From NCBI RefSeq assembly GCF_006345805.1, contig NC_042999.1, forward strand, positions 32,178,001-32,242,000: a DNA stretch of 64,000 bases, in the 5' to 3' direction. Of the stretch, positions 27,039 through 41,327 are shown one piece after another; positions within the stretch are counted from its first letter, which is position 1; every line of letters starts with the position of its first letter. The position numbers and the translations under genes are program-made. A model generated the notes under the pieces. The model was not told where the DNA came from. It ran no database searches and saw only the letters and a program-made list of their open reading frames with translations. The stretch comes from Octopus sinensis. Its lineage: Eukaryota.

Positions 27039-28800
27039 GTGTGTGTGTGTGTATACCATATGTGAATCGTTGGTGATTTTCTTCCTCCGTCTCCCTTTTC
27101 TATTGGACTTTCCTTTGTTTCGGAAGAAGAGCTCTGCTCGAAATATTAGGTTGTCTTTCTTTCCTTTCCTGAGCGCTTGCTAATACTTTACATTTACCAC
27201 GTCCTCGCGTTGTTGTTTGTTCTACGTTTTTTATTTACTATACATATATACTGATATACATAAACTCGTACATACGATTGTACTTTTATTCATAGGTGAA
27301 AATATATACAAGTGGTTTTGTGCATCTGCGTGTGTATGCGTGTGTGTTTGTAGGTGTGTGTGCCCACGCTTTTCTGTGCAATGTGCTCTGAGTCGCAGTG
27401 TCATCACCACTTGTAAAATATTCGATTTGTCAGCATTAACGGAATTCCTTGACTTGCCTTAAGCCTTTGCCACCTTTGATGTCAAGTGTTACATGGAAAA
27501 CAAGATTTAATTAACTGTTTTTTATTAGTTGGAACTTAACTATTATATGCATTCACATTCAAGATCTTGAATGTTCCAGCTGTGAGCCTTTTGTGATTTT
27601 ATCTGAAGAAGTCTCTCGTGGGGAATCTAAGCTCCAAAAAGTCAACGAGGATTTTTTTCTACGAATCGAAATCTAATCTCTCCGTCATTCAATGTACGAA
27701 CAAAAATTATAGGGTGCTAAATGAAAGAAACTCAGTCTCATCCCCACTAGAATAGATGACATATTTAAACAGATCTATTTACACCTCTCTGAAGGGGTTC
27801 TCGTACAATCAGACAGTACAATAATTTTAAGTGTAACGCTGGAGTAGGTTCTATTCAGGCGGTAATTCTCACGAAATATGTTTACTGTTTCTTTCGAACT
27901 GTCCAATCTACAGTTTCTGAAATCACCTTCCTCTTCTCAACCTTTGCATTATCACACCATGAGTACTGCTGCTTTCTGTGGTCCTCTCGAAAACAACAAA
28001 ACTTTAAAATGTTAGTGCAGTTGTTGCTATTATTGCAGACATGTTGTGGGTCATAAAACATGAAGAGGACTATGTTTTCGAGAGCTTAATTTTTTCATTT
28101 TACTGTGACTATTACAAACGTGGTTTTTCACTAAAGTTAGTGCTTCACAAAACGTATCTCAAGAAATCGTTCCTCTCTCTGCATTGTAAGTTTAAATTCC
28201 GTCGGCGTTAATTTAACATTACCATCCTTTGCTATTGAAAAAAATTTGTCGATGCTCAATGGTCGTCACACCGACTCTAATTCTCATTAAATGACACTTG
28301 GTCATGTGTGTATTTCTGAGAATGTTTTATGCGTGTTTGCGTATATATAGGCACTTAAAAGAAAGGAAGAGCTGTGTATGACATCCATTATCAAAATATG
28401 TTTTTTCGAGTCTGAGTGACTGGTGAAATTTCACGTCTGCTTACGTTGTGAGCGATAGAATGTATAACTGCGATATCTACAATATCGGCTGCAAAACATT
28501 AGGTTACTTTCTTCAGGTTTTTTTTTATTTATTTAGTAGATGGTACTGTTTTCACAAATGGGACATTTTTCTCACTCAAGTGAAGGAAGTTAGCATTTAT
28601 AATATGTTAGAATTTATGCCTGAATTTGCATAGTAACACTTGCAACATTCTGGTCACATAATTGAATGAGTTATAACTTCAACAATGCTGTTAAATTAGG
28701 AAATGTTGCCGCATTGCTATTCTTGAGAATCTAAATATAATGTTCCTGTAATGCTTCGGGGAGGCGGAATACATTCCAAAAAATGGAGATATCCATATCA

Positions 28801-28868
<68 letters not shown>

Positions 28869-30046
28869 ATGTGAATATATATATTATGTATAATTCACAA
28901 CAGGCGTGCTCCATTATTATTTTTTATGTGTTTGTATCCATCCCTTACACATGCACCCTTAGGTATGTGTGTGTGCGCATGTGGGTGTGTGTGTCGTATG
29001 TGGTGCATGTGCTCTGTATGTACGAATGTGTCTGAATTAATATATATTTTTCTCCTTCCTATATTCATCTTTGTTTCTAATCTCTTTTTATCTTTATTTT
29101 TTTCAGTTGCCTCTCCTAACCCTGGCCAGATTTCCTTTATTGTCCCGTCTGTGCCCTCTTATTGTATCATATTTTATTTTCATTTTAATTTATTTTTATC
29201 GCATTTTACTTTATCTTATTAAACTTTTTTGATGTCCATCAAATGATTCTTCACTGATGAGAATGACACTGCATAAATGAAGTTTTAAATTTTATTTCTA
29301 TATTTTTTTATTCTGCAATTTGCTGTTTAATTATTTATTTTCAATTATAATTTTCATCACTGTGATTTAAAATTGTTTCTTAAAGTTTTTGCATTGTTTC
29401 TCGAAACGTACCCAGGCATTGAATACAGTTTTATAATAAATCTACTTTACTTACAGCATCTCTTCATCTTTTTAGACTTGTTTATTGTATATTCTTTTAC
29501 CTATATTGAATCTCCTCAAATATTATTTTCACATACTTATTACTTGTTTTGGCTGTTTTTCATGAATATGATGCATCCTTATTATATATATATATATATT
29601 TACATACATACAAACATACATATATATCGCTCAGATTTCTATAAACATACGTATATAAGCATGTGTATATATGCATTATATATAATATAATGTATATATA
29701 TTAATATATATATGTATATACATATATATATATATGTGTGTGTGTGTGTATGTATGCATGCATGGATGTGTAGTAAGTTAGGTGTTGACCACCACCTAAT
29801 GGATATTATATAACCAAAGAACTTAGTTGTTTACCTATATAAATAACAATCTTATGAACTACCACTCATAACAGATAGGTAGAGAATAAACAATTACTTC
29901 ATCAATATATTAATACAAATTCGATCATTTATAATTAAAGAATTTAATCATTAATTTCAATTAGAAATGAATTTATGGTTTAATGGTTATATTATTTCAT
30001 TATTAAATTTTATTATTTTGTCTTCATTTCTACATTATATAAATAT

Positions 30047-30218
<172 letters not shown>

Positions 30219-30537
30219 CTCATTCTCATAGGGACAGACGGCTGTAAATTCCTCATATTCATTTCAATAATGCATCCTAATCATGTGAATTTTAATGGCC
30301 GTGGTGGTCTCCGTCTAGTAATGTCGCCACTATTTTCTTTGACTGAGGTGTTGTCTAGGTCCTCCAAGCAATTTCTAATTACATTTTAGCAGCGTTCCCC
30401 CCTCTTTTAATCGGCACATATAACCAGTAGTAAAAGTAGCTTCTGTCTGCTATTGCCATATTGCCAATTACAATAGTCGTGCGAAACCAATGGTCACTTC
30501 GGTAGAGATGATATGACAACCAATTGTATAGAACTTA

Positions 30538-30613
<76 letters not shown>

Positions 30614-31110
30614 GGTGGATAATTCGCAATTTTACATCCTAAACAGAAATATATACGTCACTAAAGTGACTAAGGGCTCTGAACAGCATCCGTGTTGCTA
30701 TGAAATAAGAGTCAAAACTATTGAAAATCCACACCAAGCTCTAACTTAATGACTGACAAGGCAGGCAAGCACACCACACCAGCAAATGTAGCCAGATCAT
30801 TTGATGATATTACATTTTGATGCTCATGCATCTGAATGCTCTTCGGTGGTTCTTACCGCGTCTAGGGTAAAACACTGGTAAGATATCCGTTGAAACCATA
30901 CACTGATTTCATACACGGTAAAAGTGACGTATATTCTATTCTGATTTTAGGTTATAAAATTTGCAAATTACTCACCCATACGATTCATAATTTCACCTTT
31001 TACCATTTTGAGTTGTTTTTACGGCTGTTGAGTTTTTTTAAGGTTTTTTTTTCAATCGAGGCAGATGCTGATTAGTGCCCTTAATCACTTTAGTGACGCA
31101 TATATATATA

Positions 31111-31167
<57 letters not shown>

Positions 31168-31570
31168 AATAAAATAGAATATATGCATATATATAAACAT
31201 ATATGTACGTACCTACCTGTACATGTACATATACACGCATAGATGTGTACAGGACACCAAAAAGACGTCGAACACATAGAGAGACGAAACACATAGACAC
31301 AAACCAAGGAACAAGACAAGCAAAAAAAAGGGAGAGATACAGGACAATAAGCACAACGAAAAATCCCCTTCTTCAGTCGCTAAGATTTCATCTACTAAAC
31401 GTTCCGAAGGATAAAAGCGAGACGTATACTTCGAAGAAAAATTCCTTCCCGCGAAAAGCAAGTCAATTAAAATTCCGAGATCTTTTCGCAGAGGGGTAAA
31501 AAAAAGCAAGACGGTAACGACAGTACAAACATATAAACAGTAAAAAATATATATATAAACAGTGGAAAAA

Positions 31571-31618
<48 letters not shown>

Positions 31619-33172
31619 GTATGTATGTATATATATATATATATATGGGGGTATATGTGTGCGTGTGTCTGTGTGTGTATGCACGCATCTATACATACAC
31701 GCGTACTTATGTGTCTGTTTTTGTGCATGTAAGAAGCCCGCAGAGAAATTGAAATAAGGCTACGAATATTTAAAGAAAGATATGATTTACCCAACATTTG
31801 TGAAAAATTCGATGTAGGTCGTAAAATTTATTCCTCTTCAAAATGTGAAGAAAGCACTGACATGTTTTTATTTTTCGCTGAAACTAAGCGGGTAATATTA
31901 CCAAAACAAACAGTATATTGGAAATATTAATGTTAAAGTTAAATGTTTTACAATCTCTATTTAATCCTTCCATAACTGCTTTGCACAGTGACTGTATAAA
32001 TCACCTCGTTGTTTGTTTTACATACATAGGCACATAGATAAACATACAGAGGCACACATCTATACTCTTATAGATACATATAGACATTAAGACACAGAGT
32101 GATGGAGAGAGAACCAGAAAGAAAGAGAGAGAGAGAGAGATAAATAAAGACAAAAAGAGAGATTCTAAAACAAAACAAAAAAAATAATAAAACGAAGAAA
32201 TAATAAGACAATCTGAAAACCGTCTTTGATGTTTAGTCTTTATTTCTGCAGGGTTTTTATTGTTTACTTAATAGATGCATATATTACCATTTCTATCTTA
32301 AGGAATTTGAATAATTTATTCATAAATATTTATCGTGAATAAAATTTCGCCGGTATTCTTCGCAAATACACGAACACATCCTGATACATAAGTCTGTATA
32401 ACACGATGCTTGTATATATGCTTATTTGTTCTTGTGTATGCCCATACACTGATATATATTGAAGACAGGCAAACTACGCGTATATTGTATATATAAACGT
32501 GCATAATGCAATATTTGTGTGCATACATTGTACAACTAAACACATTTTTTTTATATTCATTAATCTGTAATAACCACTTACAATCTCTCGTTATCCTAAT
32601 TTCGCTATGTTTTCTGGACCATATGCATCCATATATTGGTGGAAACAAGTCTCTGAACAACAAAAAATCTTTTATATCCTGCAATTGCTATAATTATATA
32701 TCCTGAATGCGGAAATGGCAAACTGCTTCGACATTTAGTTCAATGTTTAATCTTATTTGAATGTTAGCTTCAGTGAATAGTCATCTTTTGTTTTACTACT
32801 CATAGCATTTGGCAGTTTGCTATCGGATTTAACGCTTCAGTGATGGCAACATCGATTATTTCATATTTGAACATCGACGAATTTAATTTTTACCAGTTTT
32901 AATAAGAGATTTGAAAACATGTTTATATTATAATACGTCTACTGACTGCCTTAAACGAGATGAAACGAAACACCCCAACTCACACACACGAAACTCGTTT
33001 GCGCGCGCACAGACGCACACCCGTAAATACCCATATGAATACATGTATGTGCGTACATGTTTAGGCATATGTACGTATATACATGTGTATATAAATACAT
33101 ACACATACACACACGGGCACAAACACAGGTACACATACACACACACACTTACACACACACATACACACACAT

Positions 33173-33258
<86 letters not shown>

Positions 33259-36200
33259 TATATATATGAAGATATACAACATATAAATTATAGAAACTAA
33301 ACGTACGCAACACATATAAATAAATGAACATGTACATATACAATGTGTAAATGTATACGTTCACACATAAGCGCGCTCACATACACACACACACACACGA
33401 TTTCTGGAATGCAGCGTATTTAATGTCGGATTCACTAGCCACGTCAATTATCAAAAATTTCTATTATGAGTCAATTTTGAAATAGTGCATATGATGTTAC
33501 TGAAATCGAATTCAGTGAAACTGAATAAACTACAGAGAATAAAGAAGGAGACATCAATAGCAGTGTTAAAATCACGAGTGAGAAATTGGAAAACATTTAT
33601 CTGTCTTTATTTGTGTATGAACAATAGATTCATTCAGTTGTATAGGAGGTCGTTTATGCAGTCTGTAAAAACTGATATTATGTATGCATTTGCATCTATA
33701 CATTAGTTAATGAACACCAGAATTTATGTGAGCTACATTATGCGTCTATGTATCATGCTCCAATAGTACAGACCTGGTACTAGCTTATATATGTCTTGCC
33801 TAGTATTATCCTGCAGTCTTCCAGACTCAATATAAACCGCTGGCTCTCTCAGAAAAACAAGAAAATGAGCCAGAAAAGACAGAAATATATGAAAAATGCC
33901 GGACAATAAGAATTGTGCCAAATTCAGAATTAACACTACTTGAGTGCGTGGTGCGGGGATATTTGACGGGGAAAGGTTAAGATTTGTAATATTCTTTGTC
34001 TGACCCGGTGAGCGTGGTGTTTCCCAATTCGTTTGTGGAGATTTGTCGAGATTCTTACATTTTGGGAAAATATCCCATCTCATGTTCAGTTTATTGGGGA
34101 GTTCTTAGATTAGATGTAGATACGAATTCTTTCAGTTATTCTAAGCCTTTGCCTTTTTGATACATTAACGTAAGGCATGATTCCTTCAACTCTGCTACAC
34201 CTGACGGTTTGTGGGGTGGGGAGGAATTGGCCATAGGTTCTGAGTAAGTTCTTTTCACGACAGAATAAACAATAGGTGTTTGTATACATATAGTTTTAAT
34301 GTGAGTATTGACAATAGTAATATGTTCAGGTCAATGAAGAATATTTAGTGGAAAATCATCAAGGAATTCAAATCACACTACCGAATTTCATCCGTTGCAC
34401 CCATAGAAACAAATGCCAAACAAAAGAACGGACTGGTTGCCATATAGACACGATTGACGCCTGGTGTCACAATGCATTACAGAAGATGACGGTTGTCTTT
34501 CTATAACGCAAATGTGCACAAACTCTATATTTCTTCAGATGGTATTCTATTTAATTGAAAGAAAATGCGATCCTAACCCCGATCTACTGGAAGCAAATTT
34601 AACAGCAATGAGGACCTGTATTTTGGTGATCTGGTGCATGATTGTATCTTGTACATCATATAAAGATAGCTAAGTGTATACAGACAGGCACAGATGTCAT
34701 GATACTATTTTTGAGCGATCATGTTTCGTTCTTGTCAGAAAGTATCATAGAATGCGAACCATCATAATTTGGAAGCGACGGAAGAAATAGCGAACAATGA
34801 TACACATTCACAATGAAAATACTTGATTACATATAACTTTGGAAGCAAATACGGAAATCATGTAATAGGAAAGGTCATTTGATCCCATTCCACCCGAAAT
34901 CGTTGGTCGAGTTCCCACAACAGTACACCTGCTCGTTCGAATAGATGACACACTTCTTGCGATATTATTCCATAATTTGCTCATATAAGTAGGCATGATG
35001 GAGAGTGGATCGTTGATTTTAATTGATAATGGACATTTCGGGAAAATATCTGAGAGGAGGTATACTTAAAGCCCGCTCTGACCCTGTGAGTGGATCTCTA
35101 CAGGAGATATTCACAATGAAATGAAAGAAAATATGTGCTTGTGTTGAGGGGGGGAACTCTCGGTCATGTATGTACCGCCTTCAAGATACTTGTTTGTGGT
35201 TCGGGAATGATGGGCATGTTTTGATGTTTCAAGCCTATACATTTCGATAGAAAGGGATACATGGAACAATGAGAGAGAGTTACAAAACTGAGGGAGGAGA
35301 ACATGTGTCGGGATCAACAGTTTTACGTGATGAAATGACAGGAAGAAAGGGGTCTGAGGAAAGGAGAGTTAAAATCTACCCGGCTAAACTGGGTTTTGTG
35401 ACGGTATAATCAACCGCAACGTTTGTTATATCATCTAAAGTTAAACGTGTAAAGTGAGTTTCTACCCAAATAATATACATCGACTTATACGACCTCTGTG
35501 AAAGGGGAATAGGGAAACGAAAAATTCACATTCATATCCTGGAAAACAATGATAAAAAATTGATAAGCTCTCTATATAGCTTTTTTTATTCTAGGCGTGA
35601 GCATATATACTTCTATAACATCTTGATAATAGTTGCCGAATGTTGTTTTCTATTTATGGTTTATTAGAGAATGTATTCTCTTCTCACATTTTTGAAATAT
35701 AAGCATATGTATGCCTATACATCTTTATAAAGTTCTGCAACATAGCTAAATTGTAGCTTTACGTCATGGAATCAGGAACTTTTCATGTTTAGTAAGAATA
35801 ATCACAAAATTTTATATTGAAAGTGACAATACACTATGTATATGAATGTTACATACATCCGTATATATAAGTAAGTTACCGAACTCTAAATATTATGTAA
35901 TATGCATCAGATAATTGTATAATACTCCCATATGTAAAACGATGCTCTTGTAATGGACAAAGACGTACCGAATTACAATATTCTACTTATTGTCTTCAAG
36001 CCACTTAAGGGTTCCTAGTTCACATACCTGCAATCAGCCATCTGTGTTATGTTTTGATACGACAATGATCTTTGGTTATTTAAACTTTCTATTCTAGTGC
36101 CCACATCTACCAAATTGGGCTCCCTCGATTCCTTCTTTTTCTCTCTTCTCCATACGTCTCACTCAATCCAGTAACGAATTTCAGACCCATGCTAATATTC

Positions 36201-36653
36201 ATAGGTTTGTGCGCCGTGTCAAGCTAACAAGTCATCGCATAAGTTCTGTCCGAGTTTACCTTTTTAAAAATCAAGTGAAATTTAAATTGTATTTTAGAAT
36301 GTCCAATGGAATTTAAAATTATTTTATGCATTTGTGTACATTTAAACTAGTTAAATATTATTTTACAGAATAATACATTTAGAATTTCTTTGATTAAAAC
36401 CCGTTCTAACATAGGAGTATTCGAAGACCGTTTGATGGAAATTGTACATCATCTCCATCTTTCTCTCACATACCCACTCTCTCTCCCTCTGCTTTCTGGT
36501 CTGTAGCTAAAATTGTTGAACGATCTCTCTTGCAGAAAGTTTTATAGAGTGACCTCCCTTTAATAAGTTTCTCGAAACATCTACGCCAGGAGAAGTAATT
36601 CTTAATTATTCAAGAAGCTTCGCGTTTCTCCAAAAGAATTTGTGGTGACTAAT

Positions 36654-37062
36654 TATTCGGATCTTTTCGGTTTGAACGGCAGTTTTTAACATAATTTCTA
36701 GGTAACTAAAAAAGTTTTAACTTCATATACTTGTAGAATGTGTTTATAAAACATCTTTTTCTCTTGGCTTTATTGAGAAAATTCAATAGTTTGAAATATA
36801 TTTGTAATCAGTGACGTCTATTGAGTTAAAAAGCTTTCTGTGCCGTATGAATATGTCCCTCGTTTAAGAAACAGATTGGGTTTATTTACATTTGTGAAGA
36901 AAAAAAGATACCCTTCCCCCACACCTAACCTTAACCCTATCTACTCCTAACCCTAAAAGTGATTGAAATGCAATAAATCGATTCTAGGGTCATAATTATG
37001 GGTGACAATTTCATATGACACCGCTAGAAAAAACTGCCGTTCAAACCGAAAAGATCCAAATA
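36654..37062. mobile_element. MITE-like element with ~30 bp terminal inverted repeats
   Basis: ggatcttttcggtttgaacggcagttttt (36659-36687) vs aaaaactgccgttcaaaccgaaaagatcc (37029-37057), perfect 29 bp; internal cctaacc-like repeats at ~36925-36956. Confidence 0.75.
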
Positions 37063-37360
37063 TTCTCCAGGGTAGAATTGAGGATCCACGTCGGTTAGTT
37101 ACCAATTTATGTAGTGAGAATATATGTTCAGTATCAAGTATCGAAATGGTTGCGTGCATATTATTAGAAGAATTCTTACAAAGAAGAAGAATAAATTTAT
37201 GGACTGTATATTTGCTACATAAAAATAGGTTTTATTCATTGCTTGTCGATGAAACATAATCAATATGTAGAATCTAGTTGAATGAATTAATCTATGCAAG
37301 AGGGTTCAGATTTCTCCACCTGTCACTTATTTTAAAATATACGTTATCAAATAATATTTT

Positions 37361-37709
37361 CAGGACAGACAAACGGATTAAGGACAGACAAACGGATTAA
37401 GTCGATTATATCGACCACGGTGCGTAACTGGTACTAAATTTATCAATTTCGAAATGATGAAAGGCTAAGTTTTGACATCACCGGAATTTGAACTCAGAAC
37501 GTAACGGCAGACAAAATACCTATTTCGTTACTACCCACAAGGGGGCTAAACACAACGGGGACAAACAAGGACAGACAGACGGATTAAGTCGACCCTGAAA
37601 ACAGATGAAAAGCAAATACACCTCGGCGTAATTTGAAGTCAGAACGTAAAGCCGGACGAAATGTTGCTAAGCATTTTGAACGGCGTGCTAACGATTGTGC
37701 CACTTCCGC
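37361..37709 (-). mobile_element. tRNA-derived SINE (second family), partly dimeric
   Basis: Minus strand gcggaagtggcacaatcgttagcacgcc...gttctgacttcaaattacgccgagg; second B-box-like ttctgagttcaaattccgg near 37490; repeated ggacagacaaacggattaag blocks. Confidence 0.7.
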
Positions 37710-38226
37710 GTTTAAAGTTATTACACTTATTGCCGTTAATTTTCTAAACAATATCATAAAGAAATTTATTTCTTCCGCTAAAAATATCTTCAATTTAAAA
37801 GCCGAAAACTATACTGCTGTTAGGTATTTCCTGAACTGCACATTTTTCAAAAGGTAGAAAATTATCAGCTGGTTATAACTTGTTGAGTTTTTGAAATTAT
37901 TAATACAAAAATCGTTCTTTACCTAATTCATGAAGATATGAATATAGGGTGAACTATCATAATGCTTCATCCGTCTTAATTATGTTAAATGAAGAAATGA
38001 AGATATATCAATGTATTTACTCGGCTCTCTTATTACATAGTTACTAAGAATTTAGAATTATAATCTTAACAATATTATACTAATACAAATAGTAATTGAT
38101 TGGTTTAACTGTGCTCTAACAGTCATATATACTATTCAGGATCATTATGAGAGTGAATGTTTTAAAATATTACACATGTATGTGTTTGTGTCAGCGCGAT
38201 TCTCTATGCTTGCATCTGTGTACATA

Positions 38227-38755
38227 TCTATATATATAAAACTCTAGTTGTGTGAGTGTCTGTCCCCTTCGATTTAGATTCCTAACTCCTCCCACATTTT
38301 ACGGTGCAGTTTAACCAAATTCGGGTATCTTATAGTCGTGATTCATATCGAGCCCGTCTGGCTATTAGCGCGCGTCAACGATAAGTCTACGATTTTAAAA
38401 ATAATTTAACATCATTTTTTATTCCATTTTAATGCATAAAATGCATCGTGTGTCGATGGCGGCGGAGTTGGCGTCCACGCTCACAGCTGCACCTGTTTGC
38501 TTCTCCCCCTTCCCTCCCTCGTGAAGCTGAGGGGAAGGGAGTGTAAAGAAATCAACGTCGTAATGCGTTGTTAAGGAGACCAGCGTTCTTTTAGAACAAC
38601 GACTTCATGGCTTGAAGACACTGAGTCAACGATTTAAAAAAAAATTATCATTATTTTTTATTCCATTTTTAATGCATTTTTTGCTATAACTCTCTAAAAA
38701 TGCTTATATAGTTATTTCCCTTACAAACCCGAGCAACGCCGAGCGATACTGCTAG
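38227..38755 (+). mobile_element. Non-autonomous Helitron (longer variant)
   Basis: A|TC start, hairpin cccgagcaacgccgag, CTAG|T end; collinear with 6416-6714 plus a ~210 bp internal insert. Confidence 0.8.
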
Positions 38756-38959
38756 TAAGGTATAATACAGTTTGGATTTTGCATTGAAATAAGCTCTTAA
38801 TTTGATAACTCATATCTATCAATATGTATATATGAATGTATGTATATGTATAATTCTGTAACTATCTCTCTGTCTGCATGTCTATCTAACTCTCTATCTT
38901 TCTCTCTGTATCTGTATTTAACTGTCTATCTATCTATCTAGCTATCAATCTATCTATCC

Positions 38960-39076
<117 letters not shown>

Positions 39077-39574
39077 GGATTAAAAACAAAAGCGATTGAA
39101 GTGTCAATGCTACAGTTGCTGCAGGCGAACATTGTTTCATGAATAAATCAGGAACTTTGTTTTTCTTTTTATCTGGTGAACTAGTAACAAATTTGGTTCT
39201 GAAAAAAAAAAAACGTCCAATGTGAATTAGCCTTCGCATATAACCAATTTGTGTTCTTAATTTATGAAAACACTAAACTCAGAATATTTCTTATGTGAGA
39301 TCTCAAACTTACATTGGATGGTGAAAAGGCATGCCGGATTTCTTGGGAATATAATTTCCTGTACATGTTTATCTATGCGTGTGTGTAAGTGAGACTACAA
39401 ACATGTATGTGTATTTGCATGAATAAGTCTGTATATGCACTACTTACGGATATATTTCTAGATGGTATGCACTCTAATGTAAAGATCTCCAAACTCACTC
39501 CGTGTCCTTAATATTTAAGTAGTACTTTCATTCAAACGAACGGTATATACACACGCCTAGTTTGACGTATATAT

Positions 39575-39617
<43 letters not shown>

Positions 39618-39905
39618 TAGATAGATAGATAGATATAGATATATTTACATATACTTGTGTGTGTACAGCAAATTCTACTTCCATTAGAATGCAAGCAAGC
39701 AAAAATTTCTCAGACAGATAGTAATTTGATTGCACTCAACAATTGTTTCATTACGTAATTAGCATGCATAATGAATTTATTTTTGTAATTTACTTAATCT
39801 TTACTTTTGAATTGTTATTTTAATTTTAACTTTTCTACTTATGTAATTTTCTAGATGGTGTAATTTAATTATTCCTTTTGAATTGATAAAAGGTGGGCTT
39901 TTTTC

Positions 39906-39952
<47 letters not shown>

Positions 39953-40373
39953 CTGTGTGTGCGTTTGTGTGTAGATATATATGTATGTATAAATAAGAAA
40001 GTAGGGAGAAAAGTCTAGGTAGATATCATTTCAGTCTCAAATTTGCTTCCGACCGCACATAGCAATAACTCCAGTTAGAATACTTAAATACTTAACATAG
40101 TAGGCCTCGGGGAAAATATAATGAGGTAGAAAATGGAAACATATATAATAATGTTTTATTTATTTACCCATAAAACTAAATTATTTTCCAAAATATGTTT
40201 CTGCTTAATTACTAAGAGAAAATCTATTTGAATTAATTAAATAAATAAATAAATAATTGTCACTACATTGAATTTATTAGAAGTCTTCCTCTGGAATTCC
40301 AGCGAAATTGCTAGTTACATATATTCATGTGTGTAGATTTATATATATGTATGAATATATATATGTAAGAATA

Positions 40374-40420
<47 letters not shown>

Positions 40421-40442
40421 TATATACATGAATATATATATG

Positions 40443-40474
<32 letters not shown>

Positions 40475-40521
40475 GAGAGAGAGAGAGAGGGAGAGACAGA
40501 GAGAGAGATATTATGTGTTTT

Positions 40522-40730
40522 TGCGTGTCTGTGTTTGTCCCCACCCAACATTGCTTAGCAACCGATGCTGGTGTGTTTACATCACTGTAAGTTAGCGATT
40601 AGGCCGATAGTATAAGTACTTAGCTTACACAGAGGAAGTCCTCGGGGTCAATTTGCTCCACTAAAGGCGTTGCCCCATCATGGCTGTAGTCGAATGACTG
40701 AAGCAAAGAAAAGAATATAAGAATAAAAGA
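40522..40730 (+). mobile_element. 3' half of tRNA-derived SINE (first family), decayed
   Basis: gtgtttgtcccc...caaccgatgctggtgtgtttac...ctaaaggcg...gaatgactgaagcaaag; collinear with 5920-6130. Confidence 0.7.
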
Positions 40731-40769
40731 ACGTGTATATATACATATATATATATATATAATATATAT

Positions 40770-40803
<34 letters not shown>

Positions 40804-41292
40804 CAGACAGAGAGATAGATAGATAGATAGTTACTCGTATTTGCGTTGTGTATATTCGTCGCTTATGTATGTGTATTTGCTCGTGTATACATCTATCTGT
40901 GGCTATAACATATGTATATAAATCATGCATATGTATATTATATTTATATGCATTCATATGTGTTTGGTTGTGTGCGTGTGTGAGTATACATACCTGCGTA
41001 CATACATACATCTACTTACATATATACTATGTTACGGTGTATTTAAACATACAAATGTTTACGGCTAAGATAGCACCAAGTACTGCTGATAATTTCCGAT
41101 AAAATTTGTTTTACATAATGTATATTTAAATTAATTAATTTTGCATCCTAATTACGTAATGAAACAATTGTTGAGTGCAATCAAATTACTATCAGTCTTA
41201 GAAATTTTTGCTTGCTTGCTTTCTCATGGAAATATAATTTGCTGTACTCACACAAGTATACATACATCATACATACACAAACACACACACAA

Positions 41293-41327
<35 letters not shown>

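Noticed and set aside
33733-34083. 116 aa minus-strand ORF with a Ser/Pro-rich start
   Set aside because: No recognisable domain and weak splice signals; cannot be supported as an exon.
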